A stretch of DNA of 64,000 nucleotides. It comes from Clostridia bacterium (GTDB lineage Bacteria > Bacillota > Clostridia > Christensenellales > CAG-1252). A program made the position numbers and the translations under genes. The stretch lies in the NCBI GenBank assembly GCA_024685775.1, contig JAIKVL010000004.1:70486-134485 (forward strand), written 5' to 3'. Under the pieces are notes generated by a model. The model was given only the letters and a program-made list of their open reading frames with translations, made no database searches and was not told the origin of the DNA. Shown here piece by piece: positions 29,869-38,473 of this stretch. The first letter of the stretch is position 1, and the number at the start of each line of letters is the position of its first letter.

Positions 29869-30786
29869 TCAACCTCCTATTTCTTTGATATATTTCGGGT
29901 AATAGAACCCGAGAAACGAGCGAAGCTCGTCTTCGTTTTGCCTGACGAAACGATCCCGCTGACTCTTCGGCAATCGCCTGGTCTCCTCGACGGCGAAATT
30001 CAGGCGTTTTTCGTAATTCGTCCTTTTATCTCCCGTGTAATCGCGGAATTCTTTTTCGTATTCCGCGTTCTCCTTTTCGAGATTTTCGACGTATTCCCGT
30101 TCCTTTTCACCGAGTTTGGACTGCTTGCTCTTTTCGAACGACTGCAAGATCTTGTCGCGCTTGGCGGTAAGCTTTTGCAGTTTATCTTCCAAGGCGAGCG
30201 CGTAATCGATCTCGAAAGACGCGAGCGCCGAGCGATAGGATCTTTGCGTTTCCTCGATCCTTCCGTCCAGATTCCGCACCTCGCTTTCGAGTTTTGCGTC
30301 CAATCGCGCCCGGTCGTACGCATGGTCGTCCGCAAGCTGTTCTTTTCGAAGATCGAAAACGGTCGAATGCGTCATTCCGTTCTTCGAAAGGGCTTCGAAC
30401 GCCCGCCTTTCTTTATCCGAGTGCAATCGATCGATGCTTCGGGTCTTATCCGAATAATCGTCGTACGCCGACTTCTTTCGCTCGATCAGAGAATCCAGCT
30501 CTTTCGCGGTCTTCGTTTCGAGTTTGTTCTTTCTCTCGGCAAACGAATCGGCGATGGAATCTTTCGCCTTCTCCATCAATTCCTCGTCCGTCTCGGCGTT
30601 CGGCGCGGAAACGGCTCCGTTCGCGTACTCCTCCGCCTTGATCTTGACGCCTTCTTCGTACTCGTTTCGGATCTTGCTCAGCCCGACCAGGATCGGGCGG
30701 GTAGGATCGGAATCGATGAGAGGCCCGACGCCCGAGATCTCTCTCTTCGGAAGCGACCTCGGGGGATCCAAATCGAATAGTTTCAT
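29869..30786 (-). CDS. Phage-module protein, coiled-coil rich (needle or internal-protein candidate)
   Basis: 305-aa ORF preceded by AGGAGG. It is highly charged with heptad-like repeats. No family recognised. Confidence 0.55.
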   Translation of the reverse strand: MKLFDLDPPRSLPKREISGVGPLIDSDPTRPILVGLSKIRNEYEEGVKIKAEEYANGAVSAPNAETDEELMEKAKDSIADSFAERKNKLETKTAKELDSLIERKKSAYDDYSDKTRSIDRLHSDKERRAFEALSKNGMTHSTVFDLRKEQLADDHAYDRARLDAKLESEVRNLDGRIEETQRSYRSALASFEIDYALALEDKLQKLTAKRDKILQSFEKSKQSKLGEKEREYVENLEKENAEYEKEFRDYTGDKRTNYEKRLNFAVEETRRLPKSQRDRFVRQNEDELRSFLGFYYPKYIKEIGG

Positions 30787-30797
30787 ACTTTCCTCCT

Positions 30798-31910
30798 TTA
30801 CGACGTATAACTGACGTCGTTTTCCGATATGGAAAAACCCGCGAACGCGCCGGAGACGAAAGCGTCCGCATACGAAACGACCGTTTCCGTGCCCGCCGAA
30901 TTCCGACGAACGAGAACGTTCGAATCTTTTTTGTAGTAGAAAAAGGGATATCGCATATCCACTTCCACGTTACACGACGGCGCGAAGGTTTTATTTCGGG
31001 TGATCGTCAAAAGATCATACGGAACGAACGCGTTGCCGCAGACGACGGAATACAAACCGCCCTGCCAAAACTGCATCGCCTTCCAAAGCCCGTCCCCGTT
31101 CGAATACAAAAGGAGCGAGCCGCGCCCCGCGCTTTTTACTTCTTTCACCCCCGAAATGACGTTCGCGCAGAGCGCGGGCGTTCCGTCGAAGGGAAAGGCG
31201 TAAAACCGAAGATCCCCGCTTTCGTCCGCGACGGCGGCGATGAAATCGAAATCGGCGGACAATCCCAGCCCGTCGATCAACGCGCAGGACGTCAGTCCGT
31301 TTACGGGGATGGTCTCGATGTGATTCCCCGTGATGACCTTGACTTCACTGTCCGACGTCGAAGAAAGGACGACGAGATCGGAAGCGTACGCGCCGACGGA
31401 TTTATTATAGTAAAACGCCGCGTCGACGTGCTCCGCGTTCATATCCGACACCGTCGTCTGGTTATTCGAACGTTCGTACTTTTCGATCTTTCGTTTTCCC
31501 AAGCGGACGAATGCGATCGCGCGCGTCGGAAGATAGGCGGATCCGATATCGTTCAGATAACGACCGTAACGGCGGATCGCGCCGCCCGAAACCGTAACGG
31601 ACGCGCCTTTATGGTTTCCGTCCGAGACGACGTCGAAGATATGCTCTCCCTTCTCCAAAACGCAGGTCAGGTGAAAGGCGGGCGACCTTTTTTCCGAGAC
31701 GGGGACTCCGTCGATATAAGGCGTGTAAGCGCCCGTCAGATCGAAAAAGGTCATTTCGAATTCGACTTCGCATTTCGCGTCCGAATAAAAGCGGACGCCG
31801 CCGACTCGCTTTGCGGAAGGCAACGAGGTCCGGACGGTCTTGCGTCTTTCGCGATTCGCCATCAATTCTTCCGTATTAAAAAACGTTTCTTTCCGATAAT
31901 CCATTTTCAT
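30798..31910 (-). CDS. Phage-module structural protein, beta-rich (tail or receptor-binding candidate)
   Basis: 370-aa ORF with an ATGA overlap onto the upstream gene. No family recognised. Confidence 0.5.
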   Translation of the reverse strand: MKMDYRKETFFNTEELMANRERRKTVRTSLPSAKRVGGVRFYSDAKCEVEFEMTFFDLTGAYTPYIDGVPVSEKRSPAFHLTCVLEKGEHIFDVVSDGNHKGASVTVSGGAIRRYGRYLNDIGSAYLPTRAIAFVRLGKRKIEKYERSNNQTTVSDMNAEHVDAAFYYNKSVGAYASDLVVLSSTSDSEVKVITGNHIETIPVNGLTSCALIDGLGLSADFDFIAAVADESGDLRFYAFPFDGTPALCANVISGVKEVKSAGRGSLLLYSNGDGLWKAMQFWQGGLYSVVCGNAFVPYDLLTITRNKTFAPSCNVEVDMRYPFFYYKKDSNVLVRRNSAGTETVVSYADAFVSGAFAGFSISENDVSYTS

Positions 31911-33343
31911 TCTCCGAAAAAGTCGACGACCATATCCGCTTCCGTCACCCGAACGCTTTCTGCGGAGGAAGCGATCGTGATCGACAATTTGTCGAAGGGT
32001 CGTTTGACTTTGATCTTATTCAGTCCCGTATGGACGGGGTATAAGAAGGAGACGCCGTCGAGCTCGACCGAGATCAAGGCCTCCCCTTCCGCGCGAGCGC
32101 GCATTTCCCGAAGCAGTTTTTTGCCCCGATTTGCGCCGAGCGTCGTCACGGGCGAACGCCACACTTTATAGGTTGCCGTCGAATTCACGCTGCCGGATCT
32201 GTCGATCAGTCCGAGGAAATTCACGGGATAGTTCGCCTCTGCGATAACGCCGCCGATCGCTTCGTTATTCACGCCGATCATACAGGTGATCGTCAAATCG
32301 TGCGCGATCTCGATTTTTCCGTTCCATACGTCATAGATCAAAAGGCTGTTCGGAGCGTTTCGGATCGCGCTGTCCATATCGAGCGAGCAGGCGAGATAAT
32401 ACTTGCCGTTATGAAACGCGCCGTGCGCTTCGGGCTGATTCGCCGAAAACAGTCCTTCGAGTTCCTGCAAAGTTTTCCCGACCGCCAAACCGTCGAAGAC
32501 GTAGACGCCGTCCGACGCGCTGAACATAATCCTGTCGCCGCAAACGGTGATCGTGTCTTTATGGATCAATCCGACCGAAAGAAAGAGTTTTTTGACGACG
32601 AATTGCGTTTGATCGTTATATGCGGTGATCCTCGCGATCCCGTGCTCGAAAAAGACGTACAGGTAGCCGCCGAAACTCAGGACTTTTATCACTTGCCCCA
32701 TCTCGCTCGAAAACGAGATCGCGCCGCCCTCTTTCAAAGAAACGTTCCAATTCGACGGATTGAAATCGTCGCTGAATCGGAGCGTGAAAGGATCGCTTCC
32801 GAAGCAAGCGAACACGCGGTCGCTATGCGAACACATCGTCGTGATCGGCTCGTTCATTCCGAGATTCTGCGCCGTCATTCCGCGCAAAAAGAAGAGTCCT
32901 TGCGTCGAAGAGAAAAGAAGCCCTTCTCTCTCGTCCAACAAATACGGGATCGCGCATAAGACCTCTCCGTAAGCGTCGAGTTCGGAAAACATCACGAACG
33001 CATTCAAGCGAAGATCGTACAGCATTCCGTCGTCCGCATAGGCGATCAAGCGATCGGTCCGATATTGCGCGGCGTGCATCGTGTAGGAAAACAGCCGCAG
33101 GAAGCGGACTCCGTCGGGCTTACGGATATGCCACGTTCTGCCGTCGATCTTTTCGGCGGCGAGCGATAACCCCGTTCCCGTCTCCAAAACTCCTTTTTCG
33201 AAAGCGAAGTTATAACTCTTCGGAGAGTACGAAAAAGGGAGTTCCTCTTCGGCGACGCGCGTATCGACGCCTTTGAACGAGGAGAGCTTAAAGCGTTTTC
33301 GGGCGGGAGAAGACAGCGTCGAGTTGATAAAGCGTCGGATCAT
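31907..33343 (-). CDS. Phage-module protein, putative tail hub or nozzle
   Basis: About 478 aa from the Met at 33343 (ATGA overlap with the upstream stop; GGGAG 6 nt upstream). It shows repeated beta-propeller-like segments (DGMLYDL, DRVFACFG, GYLYVFFEHG, DGVYVFDG). Its size and position parallel P22 gp10. Confidence 0.5.
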   Translation of the reverse strand: MIRRFINSTLSSPARKRFKLSSFKGVDTRVAEEELPFSYSPKSYNFAFEKGVLETGTGLSLAAEKIDGRTWHIRKPDGVRFLRLFSYTMHAAQYRTDRLIAYADDGMLYDLRLNAFVMFSELDAYGEVLCAIPYLLDEREGLLFSSTQGLFFLRGMTAQNLGMNEPITTMCSHSDRVFACFGSDPFTLRFSDDFNPSNWNVSLKEGGAISFSSEMGQVIKVLSFGGYLYVFFEHGIARITAYNDQTQFVVKKLFLSVGLIHKDTITVCGDRIMFSASDGVYVFDGLAVGKTLQELEGLFSANQPEAHGAFHNGKYYLACSLDMDSAIRNAPNSLLIYDVWNGKIEIAHDLTITCMIGVNNEAIGGVIAEANYPVNFLGLIDRSGSVNSTATYKVWRSPVTTLGANRGKKLLREMRARAEGEALISVELDGVSFLYPVHTGLNKIKVKRPFDKLSITIASSAESVRVTEADMVVDFFGE

Positions 33344-33876
33344 AACCATCTCCCGAACGGCAACGTAATTTCCCTACGCGAAGAAAGAACGTTCGCCAAC
33401 CCTTCTTTGTAACGTTTTTCGAAAAGCGTCGCTTCTTCGAAAAGCATGGATTCGAGCGCGTACTCCGCCGCGACTCCGCTTGCGAAAAGATCCGGGGAGA
33501 CGCGCGGCGGCATTTCGATCGTCCCGCCGAGCGCGGGATAGGAATTCGGCGTGTAACAATATCGCAGGGAGTACGATCCGTCTTCGGCGAACAAGCTTCC
33601 CCCGCGAACTTTACACTTTGCCTTCCCGCCGCCCGAACGAACGAGTTTTACGACGTCGAAAAACCGTTTCGTAAGAGCGGACAGCTCGAACGACCCGTTC
33701 GAAACCGTGATCGATTCCTCTTCTTCGAGGGGCGCGTACTCGGTGATCAAGCGCATATACGCCACGCCGAGCGCGTTTACGAGGCGCGCCGTTCTCTCGT
33801 CCATCGGGCTGCCTTCCGCCGTTAGGTTTTCGCCCAGCAGCGTCGCCGCTTTATTCAATATTTCATTGACTTGCAT
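33340..33876 (-). CDS. Phage-module protein, putative head-to-tail adaptor
   Basis: About 178 aa from MQVNEILNKAATLLG, preceded by AGGAGG. It sits after the capsid gene and before the hub candidate. Confidence 0.45.
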   Translation of the reverse strand: MQVNEILNKAATLLGENLTAEGSPMDERTARLVNALGVAYMRLITEYAPLEEEESITVSNGSFELSALTKRFFDVVKLVRSGGGKAKCKVRGGSLFAEDGSYSLRYCYTPNSYPALGGTIEMPPRVSPDLFASGVAAEYALESMLFEEATLFEKRYKEGLANVLSSRREITLPFGRWL

Positions 33877-33884
33877 AATTCCTC

Positions 33885-34232
33885 CTATCCCCGCGTTTTC
33901 CACGCGGCGTTCATAAATGCTTCCGCGGTCTCGCCCGCCTTTTCGCAGATCTCGCGCTCTTCTTCAAGCTTCGCTTTCCGCTCCCGTTCTTCGAGTTCTT
34001 CCAAGAATCGTTTTATGCGGCGCACATGCGTTTCGCGAAGTTTCGTCACGAGGCGAGCGTCGAGCGCGTCGTTCCAAGTTACGACGATCTCGTCTTCTTT
34101 TCCGTTCAGTCGGACTTCGAAACGGGATCGCTCCAAGTTGTAAAACAAAAGATACCGCTCGTCCACCTCGCGGATCCGATCCGACACGTCGAACACGTCG
34201 CTTCGGATCGGGATCAATCGTTCTTTCCGCAT
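33885..34232 (-). CDS. Phage-module small protein, unknown function
   Basis: 115-aa ORF preceded by GGGAGG. It has a charged helical C-terminus. Confidence 0.5.
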   Translation of the reverse strand: MRKERLIPIRSDVFDVSDRIREVDERYLLFYNLERSRFEVRLNGKEDEIVVTWNDALDARLVTKLRETHVRRIKRFLEELEERERKAKLEEEREICEKAGETAEAFMNAAWKTRG

Positions 34233-34249
34233 ATGCGCCGCCTCCCGCG

Positions 34250-35434
34250 TTATGCCGAAGCCGCGGTAATGCCCGTGATCTTACCCTGACCGCCCGGCTT
34301 GTCGCAGATCATATCCGCATACTTGACGAGGGTCGCGGTAAAGGTCGCGGTTCCCGGCTTTTGCGTAAGGACCTTGCCCTCTTCGCCTTCGAGCCATCTC
34401 CAATCGCAGAGCTGATGGATCTTGAAGTCTTTGCTGCTCAAAAGATACATCGTCCCGTTATCCACGAAGCGTTCCGCGATGACGGGGATTCCGTTATAGG
34501 AGATCGCCTTGAAGCCGCCGTCGAGATTCATATAGTCGATATTCGTGCGGCTCATCGCAAGATAATCGAGGTAGAAACGTCTGACGTCGTAAGACGTGCT
34601 GATGAAATCCACGTCGGACGCGGAGACTTCCTCCAACTTGTCGATCGCTTCTTGGATCATTCCCGAATGGATCGCGCCGGCGTTGGCTCGGATATAAGGA
34701 TTCAGGAACTTGTAGGTCGCGCGGTTGAGCCCGTAAACGAGACCGCTCATATTGAAAAGAGATTCCAATCCGGTCAGCTCGGAGTCCTTGCTGTTTTGAA
34801 GGGTCGCGAAATAGTTCGCGCCGATGAGCTCCGAAGGCGCGGTTCCGTCGATCTTGACGGTGTTTTCGTTATGATCCACCGCCAAAATGCGCCTTTGCGA
34901 GACGATCGGGGTGTTTTGCCCGTCGGCGTAAACGTCGATCAACATTCCTTCGAGGAAATTTCTGACGTTGCTGAACTTGATCAGGTTTCTGTCGCTATTT
35001 CCGGGATTCGCGACGGTGACGCCGAGTTTTCCGGATCCGTTGCCGTACAGCATACGGCTGAAATGGAACTTGCTCGCTTTGAGAAGCCCTTCCATCTCGC
35101 TGTTCAACAGATTGACGAACGCGCCCGCGTTGTTTTCGCTGGCGCGGAGCGCTTTATCCGAGATATCGATCGTTCCGTACAGGTTTTTGAGCGTGGTCGT
35201 AAAGTTCACGTACAAATTGCCGGATGCCGCGGGGAGATCGCCCGTTTCGCTTCCCGCGCCTACGCCGCCGTTTACGCCGTACGGCACGAGACGGACGATG
35301 TTTTTACCCCAAACGTTTGCGGTGGATTGCTCGATTTTTCCGAGAAAAGCGTTCGTTTTGGTGTTGAGTTGGTTGGTGATTACTCCGAGATAAAGCGTCT
35401 TCAACGCTTTATCGGCAGTCGATAAAGAAATCAT
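34250..35434 (-). CDS. Major capsid protein (HK97-fold type by context)
   Basis: 394-aa ORF preceded by AGGAGG and directly after the scaffold gene. The sequence style is typical of Firmicutes prophage capsid proteins (NLYGTIDISDKALRAS..., C-terminal LVKYADMICDKPGGQ). Confidence 0.7.
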   Translation of the reverse strand: MISLSTADKALKTLYLGVITNQLNTKTNAFLGKIEQSTANVWGKNIVRLVPYGVNGGVGAGSETGDLPAASGNLYVNFTTTLKNLYGTIDISDKALRASENNAGAFVNLLNSEMEGLLKASKFHFSRMLYGNGSGKLGVTVANPGNSDRNLIKFSNVRNFLEGMLIDVYADGQNTPIVSQRRILAVDHNENTVKIDGTAPSELIGANYFATLQNSKDSELTGLESLFNMSGLVYGLNRATYKFLNPYIRANAGAIHSGMIQEAIDKLEEVSASDVDFISTSYDVRRFYLDYLAMSRTNIDYMNLDGGFKAISYNGIPVIAERFVDNGTMYLLSSKDFKIHQLCDWRWLEGEEGKVLTQKPGTATFTATLVKYADMICDKPGGQGKITGITAASA

Positions 35435-35435
35435 A

Positions 35436-36077
35436 TTACATCCTCCTTTCCATTATCATTTTTTCCGTCATGGCTCCCGCCTCTTCGAAGGTTTTCGCTC
35501 GATTCGGCGGTAAAACGGAAGCGGCGCCGCCATGCGTGATCAAATCGGGAACGCCGCTGAGGGGAGAGAGTTCGGAAAGATACTCTTTGACGAATCTATC
35601 GCGAATCTTTTCGTTTTTATAGACGTACTTTTCCAAAAACTCTCCGTCTTGCATTATGCTTTCGGGATCTTTGTAGTTTTTCGAAACGGCTTTCCCGAGC
35701 GCGATTTCGAGACAACGCTCGTTTCCCGCGAGTTCGGGATCGGATTTCAAGATCGAACTGATCTCGGTCGCGTACTCTCTCGCGATCGGATATTCTTCGA
35801 CGAAGGACGCAACTTTATCATCCCAGTTTTCCTTTTCGTACAGAGGGGTGGATCTTTCGCCTCCCTTTTCGGCGGGGGAAGATGCGCTTCTCTCCTCCAA
35901 CTCTTTAATCAGCTGACATTTCTTCGTGAATTCCGATTCGAGATTTCGATACGCTTTCCACAGTTCCTCGCCGTTTGCGAATTTTCCGACGGAGACGGGT
36001 TTTTCGTTATCCGAAACGCGTTCGTTTTGATCGTCGTTTTCGGGCAAAGCCGCCGTTTGTTCCATTTCTTCAAGCAT
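35436..36077 (-). CDS. Scaffolding protein
   Basis: 213-aa acidic, helical ORF with the KFANGEELWKAYRNLESEFTKKCQ motif seen in phage scaffold proteins. It lies between the portal and capsid genes. Confidence 0.65.
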   Translation of the reverse strand: MLEEMEQTAALPENDDQNERVSDNEKPVSVGKFANGEELWKAYRNLESEFTKKCQLIKELEERSASSPAEKGGERSTPLYEKENWDDKVASFVEEYPIAREYATEISSILKSDPELAGNERCLEIALGKAVSKNYKDPESIMQDGEFLEKYVYKNEKIRDRFVKEYLSELSPLSGVPDLITHGGAASVLPPNRAKTFEEAGAMTEKMIMERRM

Positions 36078-36100
36078 AATTTACCTCCTTATATTTGCGC

Positions 36101-37966
36101 TTACGCGCCTGCTTCCACGCTCTTGATGAGCGCTTGTCTGCGTTTATGCATTTTGATATGATCGAGAAGGCGTTTCTTCGCAGCCTCGTCGTAGGGATAT
36201 TCTTTTCCGATGATCGCGCGGGTATGTTCCGCAATATGGAGCGCGTCGTCATCCACTTCCTCGCATTCGATTTCGCCTTTGAGGACGCGCTCGTTCTCTT
36301 CTTTCGCCCGATTGACGTGAAGATCGTCGAGTTCTCTCGCGCTTTCCCAGTTTCCGAAGCCGAGCATTTCGAGGATCTTTCGTTTGTTCGAAGCGCTGAT
36401 TCTTCCGTCGTCGTCCGCCAAAAGACCGAGGTTCAAAAGCTCGATCACGCGATTGCGCCTTGCGGACGCCGTTTCGAGGACGTCGCCGCTGACGTCGTAG
36501 ACGACGTCGTCCGAACTGATATCGTTTCGATCGAAGAGCTTGTACTCGATCTCCCCGTTCTCACCGGCGATCCGTTTCATCCGCTGTTTGACCGCGAATT
36601 GTTTATAAAGCCGCAGGACTTGCTTCGCGACTTCTTTGATCGCGCCGCGGATCTCGTTCGCCGTAACTTTGAGTCTCGAATCGTCCTGCTCCATCAAAAG
36701 CGAGATCGCTTTCGCGCTGGTATTCGTGGACGGCGCTTCGGAGTACTTCATCAAGGCGCTGACGCCGCTGATGATCGTAAACTCTTCGAGGAGTCTCTCC
36801 TCTTCGCGGACGAGTTCGGCGGGGACGGAACCGATCTCCAACATTTGCGGCATCCTTCCGCCCTGCCTGACGATAATGACTTTCCCCGGCGAAAGCCCGT
36901 CTTCTTCGAGGTTCTCGACGTCCACGCTTCCGTCCTCGACCGCGAGCACGCCCATCGTCATTCGGTTCAGATATTCGTGCTTACGGTTTTTGACGGCGTT
37001 GAACGCGCGTTGGATCGGGATGATCCTTTCGACGATCGACGCGCCGAAAAAGTTCCCCGGATTCATGACGGAGGTTTGCTTCGCGAAAGGATATCCTCTG
37101 AGCGAGCCTTCCTTATTGATATAGGGAAGCGGTCCGTCGAAGACGATTTTATTCCCCGCGCAAATGACGAGCCTGCCTTGGGGATACGCCGTCGTCGGCA
37201 GTTCGTAACGCTCGATCACCATCGCGTGATTTTCTAGAGTTTCCGCTCCCATCGCGCGGACGAATCCGCTGTAACCGAGCCCGCCGATCGTGCTTCCGCC
37301 CGAGACCACGAACCCGCTGACGCTTTCGGCGGGGACCTCCACGCCCCAAATATCCTCGATCTCCTCGACCGAATACGCTTTCGCGTGGATCAGGCTGCGG
37401 CAGTCGTCGACGTGCGCGTTCGTCACGCTGTCGGGATAGATCTCGAAAGGCGGGACGACTTCGATCTCGACGTCGCCGTCAAAGAGTTCTTCCTTCCCGT
37501 TTTTCCCGATCTTTCTGCCCTTATGCTTATTCCAAGTCACCTTGTAAAGCGCGGTTCCCGTAACTTCGCTCCACATATTCGCTTCGTAAATGAGCTGCTG
37601 TAAATTCAACTCGTTGAAGACGGAATTCAGGATCTTTCCGGAAAAAGCCGCCGCGGCTTTATCCGATTCGTCGGCGGTCAGCGGGCGCACGGACATGCCG
37701 AGTTTAATGGCGCTGAGTTTGGACGTTCGCGTTTCGAGGATGGTCGCGGTATGGTTATAAACTTCGCGCTGCTGCCAAAAGTACTGCTTTCCGTAGTCTT
37801 CGATATCCCCCGTTTGCCCGATCTCGCAGTATTGATTCCCCATGACGAAATTCAAATTCAATCGCCATTGCATTTCAAGGTTTTTCCTCGCTTCGCGACG
37901 CGCCTCGAAATCCTTTCTTATCTCCGCGACGAGGTCTTCCTGCGTTTCGAACTCATCTTTTTTCAT
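36101..37966 (-). CDS. Portal protein
   Basis: 621-aa ORF whose position between the terminase and scaffold genes, and whose size, fit a portal. Confidence 0.7.
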   Translation of the reverse strand: MKKDEFETQEDLVAEIRKDFEARREARKNLEMQWRLNLNFVMGNQYCEIGQTGDIEDYGKQYFWQQREVYNHTATILETRTSKLSAIKLGMSVRPLTADESDKAAAAFSGKILNSVFNELNLQQLIYEANMWSEVTGTALYKVTWNKHKGRKIGKNGKEELFDGDVEIEVVPPFEIYPDSVTNAHVDDCRSLIHAKAYSVEEIEDIWGVEVPAESVSGFVVSGGSTIGGLGYSGFVRAMGAETLENHAMVIERYELPTTAYPQGRLVICAGNKIVFDGPLPYINKEGSLRGYPFAKQTSVMNPGNFFGASIVERIIPIQRAFNAVKNRKHEYLNRMTMGVLAVEDGSVDVENLEEDGLSPGKVIIVRQGGRMPQMLEIGSVPAELVREEERLLEEFTIISGVSALMKYSEAPSTNTSAKAISLLMEQDDSRLKVTANEIRGAIKEVAKQVLRLYKQFAVKQRMKRIAGENGEIEYKLFDRNDISSDDVVYDVSGDVLETASARRNRVIELLNLGLLADDDGRISASNKRKILEMLGFGNWESARELDDLHVNRAKEENERVLKGEIECEEVDDDALHIAEHTRAIIGKEYPYDEAAKKRLLDHIKMHKRRQALIKSVEAGA

Positions 37967-38204
37967 TCTGTTCCCTCCTTTTTTCCGCTTTCTTGATTAG
38001 GCTGTCCGGGCTTTTCGGGACGATCTCCCTTCCGAACAATTCGTACATCTTTTCCATACACGCGCGGCAAAGATACAAGCCGCCCGCTTCCCTTTTCCAA
38101 GGCACGCGCGGCCGAGAGAGATCGGGCGCCACGGCGAACGCGGCGAGATTCTTACAAAACCCGACGTCGCACTTTGCTTTGACTTTCAGTTTTATCAGTT
38201 CCAT
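37953..38204 (-). CDS. Small zinc-ribbon protein
   Basis: 83-aa ORF with CDVGFC ... CRAC cysteine pairs and GGAGGA 7 nt upstream. It overlaps the terS-like gene by 53 nt and the portal gene by 14 nt. Confidence 0.5.
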   Translation of the reverse strand: MELIKLKVKAKCDVGFCKNLAAFAVAPDLSRPRVPWKREAGGLYLCRACMEKMYELFGREIVPKSPDSLIKKAEKRREQNEKR

Positions 38205-38460
38205 TTTCCGTTTCCTCCAAGAGTTTTAATAATCGCTTCTTTTCTTCCGCGAGTTCTTCGTCCGTCATTTTTTCCAAAGCCCCTTCCTCCGAGACGATCT
38301 CCAAATAGGCTTTCAAGGCGGAGATGTCCGGCGGATAATGCTTGCTCGTTACTTTTTGTTTGATGACGTCGCCTTCCGCGGAATACTCCGTCGTCTTTTC
38401 TTTTGCGGTGTAGCCGATCGCCTTTTTGTAGAGAGAGTTTACGAGCCTTTCATCGATCAT
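38152..38460 (-). CDS. Terminase small-subunit-like protein (C-terminal-motif type, no HTH seen)
   Basis: 102-aa ORF. KKAIGYTAKEKTTEYSAEGDVIKQKVTSKHYPPDISALKAYLE resembles the A-x-GY...E...K.TKKH.PPD..A...WL segment of Firmicutes phage small terminases. Confidence 0.45.
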   Translation of the reverse strand: MIDERLVNSLYKKAIGYTAKEKTTEYSAEGDVIKQKVTSKHYPPDISALKAYLEIVSEEGALEKMTDEELAEEKKRLLKLLEETENGTDKTESQSKVRRRVL

Positions 38461-38473
38461 TGTTTCCTCCTTC

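Noticed and set aside
29869-33876. I considered calling the 305-, 370- and 478-aa ORFs a non-phage system, such as a toxin or secretion cluster.
   Set aside because: They are translationally coupled to the capsid-adaptor genes, share the single terminator with the holin, and have no signal peptides or TM helices. A virion-structural role is the simpler reading.
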